Shown here: one piece after another, positions 1-8,710 of the stretch
Layout: each line of letters starts with the position of its first letter
Numbering within the stretch: position 1 is the stretch's first letter
Source of the DNA: a virus
Taxonomy: Duplodnaviria > Caudoviricetes
IMG/VR virus record: IMGVR_UViG_3300035322_000284
Span: 1-56,154 of that record
DNA: 56,154 nucleotides
Strand: one strand, 5' to 3'
Translations under genes and position numbers: made by a program
Notes under the pieces: generated by a model
Database searches by the model: none
Told to the model about the DNA's origin: nothing
Seen by the model: the letters and a program-made list of their open reading frames with translations, nothing else

Positions 1-17
1 CATTGTCCCATAACATA

Positions 18-46
18 ATTGCTGGTGCCTCTTCAGGCACCGCAAT
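18..46 (-). terminator. Stem-loop downstream of the sigma gene (possible terminator or processing/stability hairpin)
   Basis: ATTGC-T-GGTGCCT-CTTC-AGGCACC-GCAAT: 7-bp GC-rich core stem extended by 5 bp, 10 nt after the TGA at 57-59; only a weak U-tract on the minus strand. Confidence 0.45.
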
Positions 47-56
47 AAGTATGATA

Positions 57-923
57 TCATCCAAGGTCTGATAAAGCCTCGTCCTGTTGAGCCTCTTCGC
101 GCATCTTCTTGACTTCTTCGTCGTGCTTCATCTGACGTGTATAACTGGGCATGTGTCCTTGCTCAATTAAAATGTCATCACGAATGGTCTGCATACGCTT
201 CTCTGAGTTGAGTACTCTAGTAAAACAGTTAGTAATTGTCTGTGTGTAATACGCAAAAGGATTGTCTGATCTGGCTTCGTTGAACTTGAGACCAACCAAA
301 CTAAGTTGTAGCAAAGCATCGCCACGCATTTCGTCAACATAACTATAACCACGCCAGTTAGCACGATGGCTATAACGCTCTACTAACTTTAGGAACATAG
401 TTCCCAACTTGTTAGTGAGGTTTCCGTGTTCACAGTTAAAGTTGCCTGTCTTGACACCACCTTCCCAGTGACTACGACTTACTTCGGTAATCTCACCTGA
501 GACATAGGCATAGTGCTTGAAAGGCGCAAAGTTTAACTTAGCCTTCTCTTCTGATACGTTCTTGGGATTCTTTTTGCGACCTGGCTCGTCTGGAATGTGC
601 TCGTATGTCATTACACGAAACACTGCCTCACCGTCGTCAATGCTATCGAGCTCCACGGCAAAGTCCTTCTGCTTGGGCTTGTTGCGATAGTCCTTGGTGT
701 CATGATGCTTCATGGCTTCAGCGTATGCTTCTGACTGAATACGATTAGCACGATTCTGTTTGGCTTCAGTGAGTGTGGTTTTGTTAATCTCTGAGATATC
801 ATTCAGAATAATGTCAAACTGATGATACTGTTTAGCCTTGAGCCAACAAAAGCTCATCTTGCTCTTGTGGATCTCTTTGAGGATATCCTTGTTGTTTAGA
901 TAGTTAACTTTCTTACCAGCCAT
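57..923 (-). CDS. gp55: T4 gp55-like sigma factor for late transcription (enlarged, 288 aa)
   Basis: N-terminal NYLNNKDILKEI and C-terminal ERYSHRANWRGYSYVDEM...KFNEARSDNPFAYYTQ...EK motifs typical of gp55-family sigmas; AGGAG RBS at 929-933 (minus). Confidence 0.85.
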   Translation of the reverse strand: MAGKKVNYLNNKDILKEIHKSKMSFCWLKAKQYHQFDIILNDISEINKTTLTEAKQNRANRIQSEAYAEAMKHHDTKDYRNKPKQKDFAVELDSIDDGEAVFRVMTYEHIPDEPGRKKNPKNVSEEKAKLNFAPFKHYAYVSGEITEVSRSHWEGGVKTGNFNCEHGNLTNKLGTMFLKLVERYSHRANWRGYSYVDEMRGDALLQLSLVGLKFNEARSDNPFAYYTQTITNCFTRVLNSEKRMQTIRDDILIEQGHMPSYTRQMKHDEEVKKMREEAQQDEALSDLG

Positions 924-955
924 GATAACTCCTGTGTTATTGTTGTTATGTGGTT

Positions 956-984
956 ATTATACTACAATATCGCATAGGTGTCAA
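956..984 (-). promoter_or_regulatory. Consensus sigma70-type promoter driving the late sigma gene
   Basis: Minus strand TTGACA (979-984), 17-nt spacer, TATAAT (956-961): perfect consensus. Confidence 0.85.
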
Positions 985-998
985 GTGTTTACCTATGC
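972..998. repeat. 8-bp inverted repeat bracketing the -35 box (operator or RNA hairpin)
   Basis: GCATAGGT (972-979), 11-nt spacer, ACCTATGC (991-998). Confidence 0.55.
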
Positions 999-1001
999 CA
1001 C

Positions 1002-1051
1002 TATTTATCTGAGTCTGTAATTAAAACTACACTTAATGATCCAGATAAATA
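1002..1051. promoter_or_regulatory. 50-bp bidirectional late-promoter module, copy 1
   Basis: TATTTATC (1002-1009, GATAAATA on minus)-N7-GTAATTAAAA-N6-TTAATGA-N3-AGATAAATA; colinear with 8696-8745. Confidence 0.75.
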
Positions 1052-1056
1052 TCGGT

Positions 1057-1950
1057 ATGGCATTCGACTTAACAAAAAGAACAGTAGGGGGTTGGTTATC
1101 CAACAAGGCTTCAGAAGCTCTGAACAAAATTGATAATCCAATTGTGCGCAGTGGTGTTGGTAGTATTGTAAATGCTATTGACCCCAGAATTCTAGGTGCT
1201 GGACAGATTGGCGATGGTAATATCTTTGCCGCTCAGTATGACCGCAGAGCAACTGATTTATTCAATGAACTCAACCAAGCGTCTGGACCTAGCACAAGGA
1301 TTAACCAATCCAGCGGGCCGTCATATGACTGGCGCGCCAGACTCAGACCCAAACGCGGCGGACAAGACAGATTTTATTCTCCTGGCGAAGGCTTACAGGA
1401 TTACCTGATGCGACCCATTAAAGAAAGCAATGGTTTGATATGGAAATATACGCCCACTGTGTTTACTGCGGCCAGCGCAAACTACTCAAGTCATACTGGA
1501 CAAGGTATGCAATATCCTGTACATAGCTATGAAAACTCTACCCCACCAGAGATTACTGTGACTGGAGATTTTACAGCGAACGATGTGTATGAAGCCAGAT
1601 ACATGTTAGCAGTAATGACATTTTTTAAAATAGCAACCAAGGGCGACTTTGGTGACATAGCAGTAGCAAAACAAACTGCTGGAGCGCCTCCGCCAGTGTT
1701 ACTATTTGAGTATCTGGGGGACCACGGTTACAACAAAGTTCCAGTGATTGTTAGTAACTATAGTATGAGCTTACCAAACGATGTAGATTATGTTCCTGTT
1801 GATACTGGTGATGGTACAGTATCATATGTACCCACAATACTTAACATAGTTTGTGCTCTGACGCCACAGTATACGCCAAGCAAAGTACGCAGAAGATACG
1901 ACATAAATGCCATAGCCAATGGCGCGGCATACAAAGATGGATTTATTTAA
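1057..1950 (+). CDS. Putative baseplate / tail-tube initiator-like virion protein
   Basis: DWRARL...YTP...ANY...ITVTGDFTA...GAPPPVLLF...VPVIV...LPNDVDY pattern; first gene of the baseplate operon, ahead of gp53-like and hub genes. Start placed at ATG 1057 (5 nt after GATAAATA) rather than 1036, which lies inside the promoter. Confidence 0.6.
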   Translation: MAFDLTKRTVGGWLSNKASEALNKIDNPIVRSGVGSIVNAIDPRILGAGQIGDGNIFAAQYDRRATDLFNELNQASGPSTRINQSSGPSYDWRARLRPKRGGQDRFYSPGEGLQDYLMRPIKESNGLIWKYTPTVFTAASANYSSHTGQGMQYPVHSYENSTPPEITVTGDFTANDVYEARYMLAVMTFFKIATKGDFGDIAVAKQTAGAPPPVLLFEYLGDHGYNKVPVIVSNYSMSLPNDVDYVPVDTGDGTVSYVPTILNIVCALTPQYTPSKVRRRYDINAIANGAAYKDGFI

Positions 1951-2285
1951 TGGCTAAAATTCGCAAAGATAGCTTTATTAAAAATAACCAGATACTGGAC
2001 GGTGTTTTTCTGGACATCAACAAATTGCCCAGTATCAAAGTTACTCTTAGTGATGAACAATATGCTATAGATCCAGTGTATGATCAAAGACCTGACTTAC
2101 TTGCCAGCGCATTGTACAATAACAGTCGTTTATGGTGGGTATTTGCTCTGAGGAATCCTGACATTATAAAAGACCCCATCAGAGACTTTACATCAGGCAC
2201 ATTAATCTTTTTGCCTAGCGCGGGTAGCATAAGTGCCTTAGGCGATCAGGTATCACTGATGAGTAACAGAAACGGAGGCTCGTAA
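1950..2285 (+). CDS. gp53: gp53-like baseplate wedge protein (LysM-like)
   Basis: YDQRPDLLASALYNNSRLWWVFALRNPDIIKDPIRDF motif; TAATG stop/start overlap at 1948-1952 gives the start (ORF track start 1851 is an upstream extension). Confidence 0.8.
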   Translation: MAKIRKDSFIKNNQILDGVFLDINKLPSIKVTLSDEQYAIDPVYDQRPDLLASALYNNSRLWWVFALRNPDIIKDPIRDFTSGTLIFLPSAGSISALGDQVSLMSNRNGGS

Positions 2286-4765
2286 TGCCTCAGGGTTCTA
2301 AAACAATACCAGAGCAATTTCATCCCTTCCTGGGCAAAAGCTATGGAAATATCTTGGACGAGTATGCCAGTAGCACATACACTGCTAAACTCTATCTGAT
2401 TGACAATACTAGTCAAACTGGCACTGCGGCTCAGACTAGTGCTACTGCCAGAGACAGTGTGGGAGCACCAGGCAATGCCAATAGTGTACTAACTGCGGCA
2501 CCTAACAGAACTGTGGTGTTGGCACAGACTGGGGTAACCGCAGGCAATACCATAGAAAGTATTACAATCCCCACAATGGGCGGCGAGGGGCTAGCAGGTA
2601 TAGAAATTGTTGTAAAGCAACCCAACCGCGCCGACTTTTTAGATCAAATAGTATTAGCCAGAAGTTTTTTAAATCTTGAAGGTTTAAAGGCTGTGACTAT
2701 GTACCTGGAAATTGCGTTTCTGGGATATGAAGCTGAGGATGACTTATATGCTAGCATGGGTGCTGGCACTGATACCGGCGGCGAACTGGCAGACATCATA
2801 GGGCCATATCGTTGGAAATTAAATGTAACAAATATTGATTGTTCCATGGATTCTTCGGGCGCAGTTTACAATATACAATTAGCACCGCAGGAACGCGAAG
2901 CCTTTGTAAACCGCAGATACCGACTCAATCAAAACCTCACAGTCAAAGGTAAAACTATTACTGAGATGATAAAGAGTCTGGAAGACGGTCTTAATAATTT
3001 TTATCAATCCAACAACGATAAACAAGTCAAGGATGAGATAGAGTTCGACCTCAGTGGTTTATTAAAATCTGCTAGTACTACCCCTGACGCCAACAAAGTA
3101 TTAATTGATGATGAAAACCTCATATTGCCTGATGTAAACACTGGTGATGTCAGTAAGGCCCCTCTTAATAAAGCTGACGCTGGCGCTGACACGTCTAGCG
3201 AAACCAGAATAGACCAAAGTCAGGATCCTACAGGAAGTGACGATGCGCTGACTGATGAAGACGTAACCAATATCATTAATTTTATGCCCGGGGAAAGCAT
3301 AGAAGATATATTACACAAAATACTAGCAATGAGCCCCGAAGCCAGATCCAGATTTAGCAGAAAAGAAAATCCCGATGATATAGATGATCAGGAGTGTAGA
3401 AAAGATCAGGCGTTTATACAAAGACTTAAAGTAAATGCTGGTGTGGAAGAAATGGGTTTTGACAAACGCACTAATATGGCGACTTACAAAATTATATATC
3501 GTCCTGTGCTTTATAGATCTGCGGATAGTACCCAGTTTATAGTGCAAGAAGAAAATGACGACCTCACACCCGATCAGGTACAATCCAGATTTGATCAGTT
3601 AGTTGGTAGTGGTAATTGTAGAAAAGGGTATCAGTATTTGTTTACTGGTATGAATGACCAGATCCTTAATCTTGACATCACTTATAATAACGCGCAGATT
3701 GTGTTACTAACGCCCAAGCGAGGATTAGTTGGTGGACCAGATGCCGCTAATGCCAAGGAAAAAACAGACAATGTGGAAAAGGACGTTGATTCAAGCGTAG
3801 GCGGTTTGCTAGATACCCTAAGCAAAGGGTTTGAGGCATTAGCAAAGGATACTATTAGTAATTTGTTTTCGGGAGATTTCTCAGGCATACAGGGTGGTTT
3901 GGATAGTTTAGTATCTACACTGGAACAGCAAGGTTTTTCCAACACTCAATTAGCACAGTTAGACCAAGCCATACAAAGTGGTGCGCAAGCAGAACTTAAT
4001 CAGTTTTTAAATACCATTGATGACGCGACACTCAGAAATATAGCAGTAAACTTAACTATCAATCCTGGTAACCCTACCTCAGGCGCGCCACAAGATTACT
4101 CACCTGAACAAAGCGGGTATCAGTATTCAGAAGATTTTTTTGCTTTAGACCAAGTCACTGGTATTGATGTGGGCGATCTTAACAGCCTAGGATTTATTTC
4201 TGATATTAATCGTCCTAACACACGCAGTCAGGTAGAAACACCACAAAAAGAAACTGACACTCCTGTTAAAAATCCAGTGGAAGGGGTCACAGTTGATCTT
4301 ACCAAGCCCCAATCAAACACTTTATTTGGTCAACTAGTTGGACAATCGAAAGCGGCGGCTTTTATGCAAAATGTGGAAATGACTATCAGAGGTGATCCCT
4401 GGTACCTGGGTTACGATACCAGCCAGGGACAAAATAATAATACCAACGCTGGACAAAGTAGTTCAGATAGTCAGGAAAGTAGCCAGCCTGCCTATGGATA
4501 TTTTGGCACAGATGATAACTATTTTTTCCTAGAAATAGCCGCACCCAGGCCTTGGGACTTTGATTACACCGATGAGGATAGTTTGTTGAATACAGGATAT
4601 TGGATGAACACTAACACAAGTTATACATTCACAGGCGTTTATATGATGAGACAAGTTAACCACAATTTTGCTGGTGGTGTATACACCATTGATATTCAGG
4701 GTGCCAAGGAACAAGCACTTCCAGCTGAGGCAATACAAAAGAAACAACCAGAGGATAATAACTGA
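2285..4765 (+). CDS. Putative baseplate hub protein (gp27/late-control-D-like)
   Basis: Lies between gp53-like and gp5-like genes; YQYLFTGMN, EMTIRGDPWYL and FTGVYMMRQVNHNFAGGVYT hub-type motifs; TAATG coupling. Confidence 0.6.
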   Translation: MPQGSKTIPEQFHPFLGKSYGNILDEYASSTYTAKLYLIDNTSQTGTAAQTSATARDSVGAPGNANSVLTAAPNRTVVLAQTGVTAGNTIESITIPTMGGEGLAGIEIVVKQPNRADFLDQIVLARSFLNLEGLKAVTMYLEIAFLGYEAEDDLYASMGAGTDTGGELADIIGPYRWKLNVTNIDCSMDSSGAVYNIQLAPQEREAFVNRRYRLNQNLTVKGKTITEMIKSLEDGLNNFYQSNNDKQVKDEIEFDLSGLLKSASTTPDANKVLIDDENLILPDVNTGDVSKAPLNKADAGADTSSETRIDQSQDPTGSDDALTDEDVTNIINFMPGESIEDILHKILAMSPEARSRFSRKENPDDIDDQECRKDQAFIQRLKVNAGVEEMGFDKRTNMATYKIIYRPVLYRSADSTQFIVQEENDDLTPDQVQSRFDQLVGSGNCRKGYQYLFTGMNDQILNLDITYNNAQIVLLTPKRGLVGGPDAANAKEKTDNVEKDVDSSVGGLLDTLSKGFEALAKDTISNLFSGDFSGIQGGLDSLVSTLEQQGFSNTQLAQLDQAIQSGAQAELNQFLNTIDDATLRNIAVNLTINPGNPTSGAPQDYSPEQSGYQYSEDFFALDQVTGIDVGDLNSLGFISDINRPNTRSQVETPQKETDTPVKNPVEGVTVDLTKPQSNTLFGQLVGQSKAAAFMQNVEMTIRGDPWYLGYDTSQGQNNNTNAGQSSSDSQESSQPAYGYFGTDDNYFFLEIAAPRPWDFDYTDEDSLLNTGYWMNTNTSYTFTGVYMMRQVNHNFAGGVYTIDIQGAKEQALPAEAIQKKQPEDNN

Positions 4766-4766
4766 G

Positions 4767-7631
4767 ATGGCAACACCCAATGGAATAAGTCTCAAGAATC
4801 CTTATATCAGGGATAACCTAATAGGTAGTAATAAACTATTGGGTACATACACTGGATTTACCAGAGATCACAAAGACGAGGCCCAGCTCAGAGGCAGAAT
4901 TGCTGTCTTTGTTCCTGCCTTTTTTGACAGTGGTGACCCTGGCACTATTAAGACTAACTGGTTTAACTGTGAGTGGTCGAGCCCTTTTTGGGGCCAGACA
5001 TTCAGAGGTAACAGAGGCAAAGACGAAAAGAACTATACAAATTCCCAGAGCACTTATGGCATGTGGATGATACCACCCGATCCTGGCACTGAAGTTTTAG
5101 TGGCATTCAGAGACGGCAATATTAAACTTCCAGTGATCATAGGTTGTCCAATTGTTAATCAGTACAACTATAGTGTGCCAGGTTATCCGGGTGGCGTAAG
5201 TTATGGTGATCCTTCTGTAAATGCCCCAGTGACAGAAAAAAACCTTAACGCAGATCCTGGTAAACATGGAGCCAATATTCCCAGGCCAATGCATGCTGAC
5301 ATTGCTGAACAAATTACGCAACAAGGACTCATAAACGATAATATCAGAGGCGCTGGTAAATCAGGTGCTCGCAGAGAGTCGCCCAGCCGCGTATTTGGTA
5401 TTCAGACACCCGGTGACTGGGATGACCGTGAACCAGCAGCCGGTGAGGGCAAAGTCAGAAAAGCTGGACACCAGTTTGTCATGGATGACATCAACGGATC
5501 CAGACTGATGCGATTACGCTCAGGCGCGGGTAATCAGATTCTCCTGAGCGACGACACAAATAGCATCTATTGTATAAACGCCAGGGGCGAAGTTTGGTGG
5601 GAAATGGATCACACAGGTAATTTTAGTCTGTATGCCAAACGTGGCATCAATATGAGAACTCAGGGAGATTTTAACCTCAGAGCAGATGGTAGTGTTAACA
5701 TTGAGGGCGGCGGTGATGTTAATATCAAAGCCGCAGGTGACATGAGAGCAGATCAGTATGTGGGCGGCGCTGTACAGGAAGCACTAGGAGCATTTGGTAT
5801 CCCCACATTAGGCAACGGTGGCAGAGTAAACATCACTGGCAAACAGAGCTTACAATTGTACGGTGACAGAAATGTCAGAATGACTGCTGGTGGTGGTGAC
5901 ATTGACATCAACGCTGGTAGTAGTGTAAACATCACAGGTAATGGTGCTAACCCACTTAACGGTGCCGCAGTTAACATCAACACGCTGGGACCTGGCATGG
6001 TTGCCATACACAGCAACAGTGTCATAACTATGACAAGTGGTGGTCTCATTGCGGCTACTGCTCCAGCAACTAATATTGCTGGAGGTATAATTAACCTGAA
6101 CACTGTGCCAGGACCTGTTGTGCCTCCAGTACCTGCCTTTACAGCATTTAAATTACCTGGCAAACCCATGGCAGATGTGGATGATAAACTAGTACCATTT
6201 AGTCGTGAAGCCGCCAAGCAAGGCGCAAGCGCCTTTCCTACTCAGGGCAAGAGGGAAGGTTTAGCATTGGATGTTTATACCATATGTACAAAATTAATCA
6301 CAGCCGAGCCGTACATTGGTCATTCTCAGGCAGACCCCATAAAGAAAGCAAGCGATCCAGACTTCCTTCAAAGCATAGCTGACAGCCTGCCACCCGGTAG
6401 TTCAGGGGATCCAGCTAACCCAGCGCCAGGTGATGTTGTGGTAACTGATCCTAGCACAGGTGAAAGCGTGGTTAAAAAAGGCATAGGCTATGTTAACGAA
6501 GCTGGTGAAGCAGTTAAAAGCGCACAAGATCAAATACAGGGCGCTTACGATGAAGTGAGTGGTCAAATTGAAGGTGAGATAGATGCTGTAAAGTCAGAAC
6601 TCAAAGAACAATTTCCTGAATATGATGTATACGCTGATGCGTTTAATAATTTAGGATCGTTGCTGGACGGTGACCTCACCGCCATACAACGACTTGATAT
6701 AATAATTGGTATGTTGGGCGCCACAATTCCTCCCATACGTTTCCCAACCAGTAATCAGTTGGAAGAAGAAATTGTAGGACTTAATAGTAAACTATCCGAA
6801 CTGGAAGCAAAGTTGTCTGAATATGGCATCGATGCTGACCAGCTCATGGCCGATCTACTTACTGGTAACATAGCTGGACTTAAATCTCAAGCCATGGGAT
6901 TAATAAATGATGGCATATCTGAGGGACTCAATAACTCTGAGCTTACTGCTAAACTTTCCGAAAACGGTTTAGACATTGCTGGACTTGATCCCACGGATCC
7001 TATGTTTCCCAGCATTGCCGTTACTGACAAAGACGGAAACACCTTTGTGGACTTTAGCAAAGGCATGAGTGATCCTGCGGCGGCATTATTAGCAGGATCT
7101 AAACTTAACACTGAGTTTAGTAAAATTGAAGCTGATATAGGTAACGTAACAGGTCAACTAGGCGACACACAAAAATCAGGACTATTAAGTTTTGCGGATG
7201 GCATAGGTGGCAATGAGAAATTTATAGAAAGCAATGTAGGACAAACTCTCAAGAAAGCTGACGCCTTGTTTGCCCAAGCCGGAGACCAGGGTTCCAGAAC
7301 ACCCGAACAGCAAGCCGCGTTCACACAAGGAACAGCTATTATGGCAAATGCCCCTAGACTAATGGCTGGATGGGTGCTTGCTAGTGAAACACCGGGTGGT
7401 AAAATGGTTTACAATAAAGATTTAGCTGATAAGCGACAAGTAGAAATAGAATTGTTTACTGCTACTGATGATATGAATTTAAGGCAGATATTAGATGTAA
7501 GTAAGCCTGCCGGCGAAAACTACGGAACTTTGTTACAGAAGATTAGAGCTGTTAAAAAAGATTATTTCGATCAACGCACAGCGCAATACAAAGATCCAGA
7601 ATTAGGAAAAGCTGTTAAGGCCAATACCTGA
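4767..7631 (+). CDS. gp5: gp5/VgrG-like baseplate central spike (OB-fold, beta-helix, degenerate lysozyme-like C-terminus)
   Basis: GRIAVFVP...YGMWMIPPDPGTEVLVAF OB-fold; SGARRESPSRVFGIQTPG; GHQFVMDD...RLRSGAGNQILLSD; GDFNLRADGSVNIEGGGDVNIKA beta-repeats. ATG 4767 follows GAGGA (4751-4755) and the hub stop. Confidence 0.85.
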   Translation: MATPNGISLKNPYIRDNLIGSNKLLGTYTGFTRDHKDEAQLRGRIAVFVPAFFDSGDPGTIKTNWFNCEWSSPFWGQTFRGNRGKDEKNYTNSQSTYGMWMIPPDPGTEVLVAFRDGNIKLPVIIGCPIVNQYNYSVPGYPGGVSYGDPSVNAPVTEKNLNADPGKHGANIPRPMHADIAEQITQQGLINDNIRGAGKSGARRESPSRVFGIQTPGDWDDREPAAGEGKVRKAGHQFVMDDINGSRLMRLRSGAGNQILLSDDTNSIYCINARGEVWWEMDHTGNFSLYAKRGINMRTQGDFNLRADGSVNIEGGGDVNIKAAGDMRADQYVGGAVQEALGAFGIPTLGNGGRVNITGKQSLQLYGDRNVRMTAGGGDIDINAGSSVNITGNGANPLNGAAVNINTLGPGMVAIHSNSVITMTSGGLIAATAPATNIAGGIINLNTVPGPVVPPVPAFTAFKLPGKPMADVDDKLVPFSREAAKQGASAFPTQGKREGLALDVYTICTKLITAEPYIGHSQADPIKKASDPDFLQSIADSLPPGSSGDPANPAPGDVVVTDPSTGESVVKKGIGYVNEAGEAVKSAQDQIQGAYDEVSGQIEGEIDAVKSELKEQFPEYDVYADAFNNLGSLLDGDLTAIQRLDIIIGMLGATIPPIRFPTSNQLEEEIVGLNSKLSELEAKLSEYGIDADQLMADLLTGNIAGLKSQAMGLINDGISEGLNNSELTAKLSENGLDIAGLDPTDPMFPSIAVTDKDGNTFVDFSKGMSDPAAALLAGSKLNTEFSKIEADIGNVTGQLGDTQKSGLLSFADGIGGNEKFIESNVGQTLKKADALFAQAGDQGSRTPEQQAAFTQGTAIMANAPRLMAGWVLASETPGGKMVYNKDLADKRQVEIELFTATDDMNLRQILDVSKPAGENYGTLLQKIRAVKKDYFDQRTAQYKDPELGKAVKANT

Positions 7632-7778
7632 TTGCCGTAACTGATCACACAATTGGCTAATGCGCTTCATGAGTTCATAGTTTTGTCTGGTAAGATCTCT
7701 GAGATCAGTCTCCATGCTCTTGATAAGCATTCTTTGTTCTTCTAACTCAATAATCATTTGTTCAGCTGATTTATTCAT
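7602..7778 (-). CDS. Small coiled-coil hypothetical protein (58 aa; below the ORF-track cut-off)
   Basis: Read by hand: MNKSAEQMIIELEEQRMLIKSMETDLRDLTRQNYELMKRISQLCDQLRQSGIGLNSFS*; ATG overlaps the hydrolase stop (ATGAATAA); heptad pattern; overlaps the gp5 3' end convergently by 30 nt. Confidence 0.65.
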   Translation of the reverse strand: MNKSAEQMIIELEEQRMLIKSMETDLRDLTRQNYELMKRISQLCDQLRQSGIGLNSFS

Positions 7779-8379
7779 GAATAATCCTGGATAGTATATC
7801 TCTGACTTTATCGCTTTGTAAAATTTCTGTGTGACTTAAATTTATATACTCGTGTTCAGTTTTGATAAATCCTTGTGGAGCGTTTGCCTGTGACTCCACA
7901 GTAACAGTACCGTCGTTATCACTGTTACCCCACGCGGCTACCTTGTTACCACCTCCCACTGTTATGATGTTTGTGTGAGGTCTGAGAAATGTCTTTTCAT
8001 GTAAAAACTCTAAAAACTCACTGCCAGGGTTCATGTGCTCAAACAGGTTGTTTCTAAATACTAATTTTAGCCAGCGAGCAAATGGTGACCCATTCCAGGG
8101 CGCACTAATAGTCATGAGGTGATCTACATTTATCAAACCATTGCTGGCAATCCATCCTCCTAGTACTCCACCTAAACTGTGACCCACATAGGTTACATTG
8201 TCATCACCAAAACGATCTGTGATTTGTTCACAGATGGTGTTTATGATCACATAGGGATCAGTAGCCATGATATCATATTCAGGTCTTAAAATGTTTAATC
8301 CACCTGGCAGGTTCTGGCTGATATAATTCCAGCCAGCTTGTGAACCACCTGCCCCGTGAACTAAAACTAGATTAGGCAT
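7771..8379 (-). CDS. Alpha/beta-hydrolase (lipase/esterase-like)
   Basis: VLVHGAGG oxyanion motif, GHSLGG nucleophile elbow, ISAPWNGS, NDGTV acid and LSHTEIL His: complete Ser-Asp-His triad. Confidence 0.88.
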   Translation of the reverse strand: MPNLVLVHGAGGSQAGWNYISQNLPGGLNILRPEYDIMATDPYVIINTICEQITDRFGDDNVTYVGHSLGGVLGGWIASNGLINVDHLMTISAPWNGSPFARWLKLVFRNNLFEHMNPGSEFLEFLHEKTFLRPHTNIITVGGGNKVAAWGNSDNDGTVTVESQANAPQGFIKTEHEYINLSHTEILQSDKVRDILSRIIHE

Positions 8380-8620
8380 TGCTAATCATTTTTTCCATTT
8401 GTACAAGTTCTGGAATAACATCAGAGGCATTGTAACGGAAGTTGCCAGTGAGATTGATGGTATCAAACAAGGCGTACTTCTTAGTCACCGTGTCGTAGAT
8501 ACCAAAGCTCAGGTACTTTCCGCGACTGTCAAAGCATCTAACAAAACGATTGGAATTTCGCTTGTTGAATACTTCGGCCTTAGCCCAGACTGTATCAAAA
8601 GATTTTACGATCTTACGCAT
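8372..8620 (-). CDS. Hypothetical protein (82 aa)
   Basis: AGGAG RBS at 8629-8633 (minus); stop overlaps the hydrolase start; directly downstream of a sigma70-type promoter. Confidence 0.75.
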   Translation of the reverse strand: MRKIVKSFDTVWAKAEVFNKRNSNRFVRCFDSRGKYLSFGIYDTVTKKYALFDTINLTGNFRYNASDVIPELVQMEKMISNA

Positions 8621-8651
8621 AATTACTACTCCTATGCGCGGTTAATGTAAC

Positions 8652-8670
8652 GCAATAGATTATCTATTGC
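8652..8670. repeat. 19-bp palindrome just downstream of the cassette promoter (operator-like)
   Basis: GCAATAGAT-T-ATCTATTGC. Confidence 0.6.
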
Positions 8671-8680
8671 CCCAAGTGCT

Positions 8681-8710
8681 ATTGTAGCACACAGATATTT
8701 ATTTTGTCAA
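8681..8710 (-). promoter_or_regulatory. Sigma70-type promoter of the leftward hydrolase cassette
   Basis: Minus strand TTGACA (8705-8710), 18 nt, extended TGc-TACAAT (8681-8686); palindrome GTGCTA-TTG-TAGCAC (8676-8690) overlaps the -10 box. Confidence 0.7.

Noticed and set aside
1-12. Start of a further minus-strand gene (CAT at 1-3 preceded by GGGA)
   Set aside because: Only one codon lies in the window, so it cannot be supported
8399-8650. 83-aa plus-strand ORF
   Set aside because: Antisense to the 8372..8620 gene, which has an AGGAG RBS, a promoter and coupling to the hydrolase
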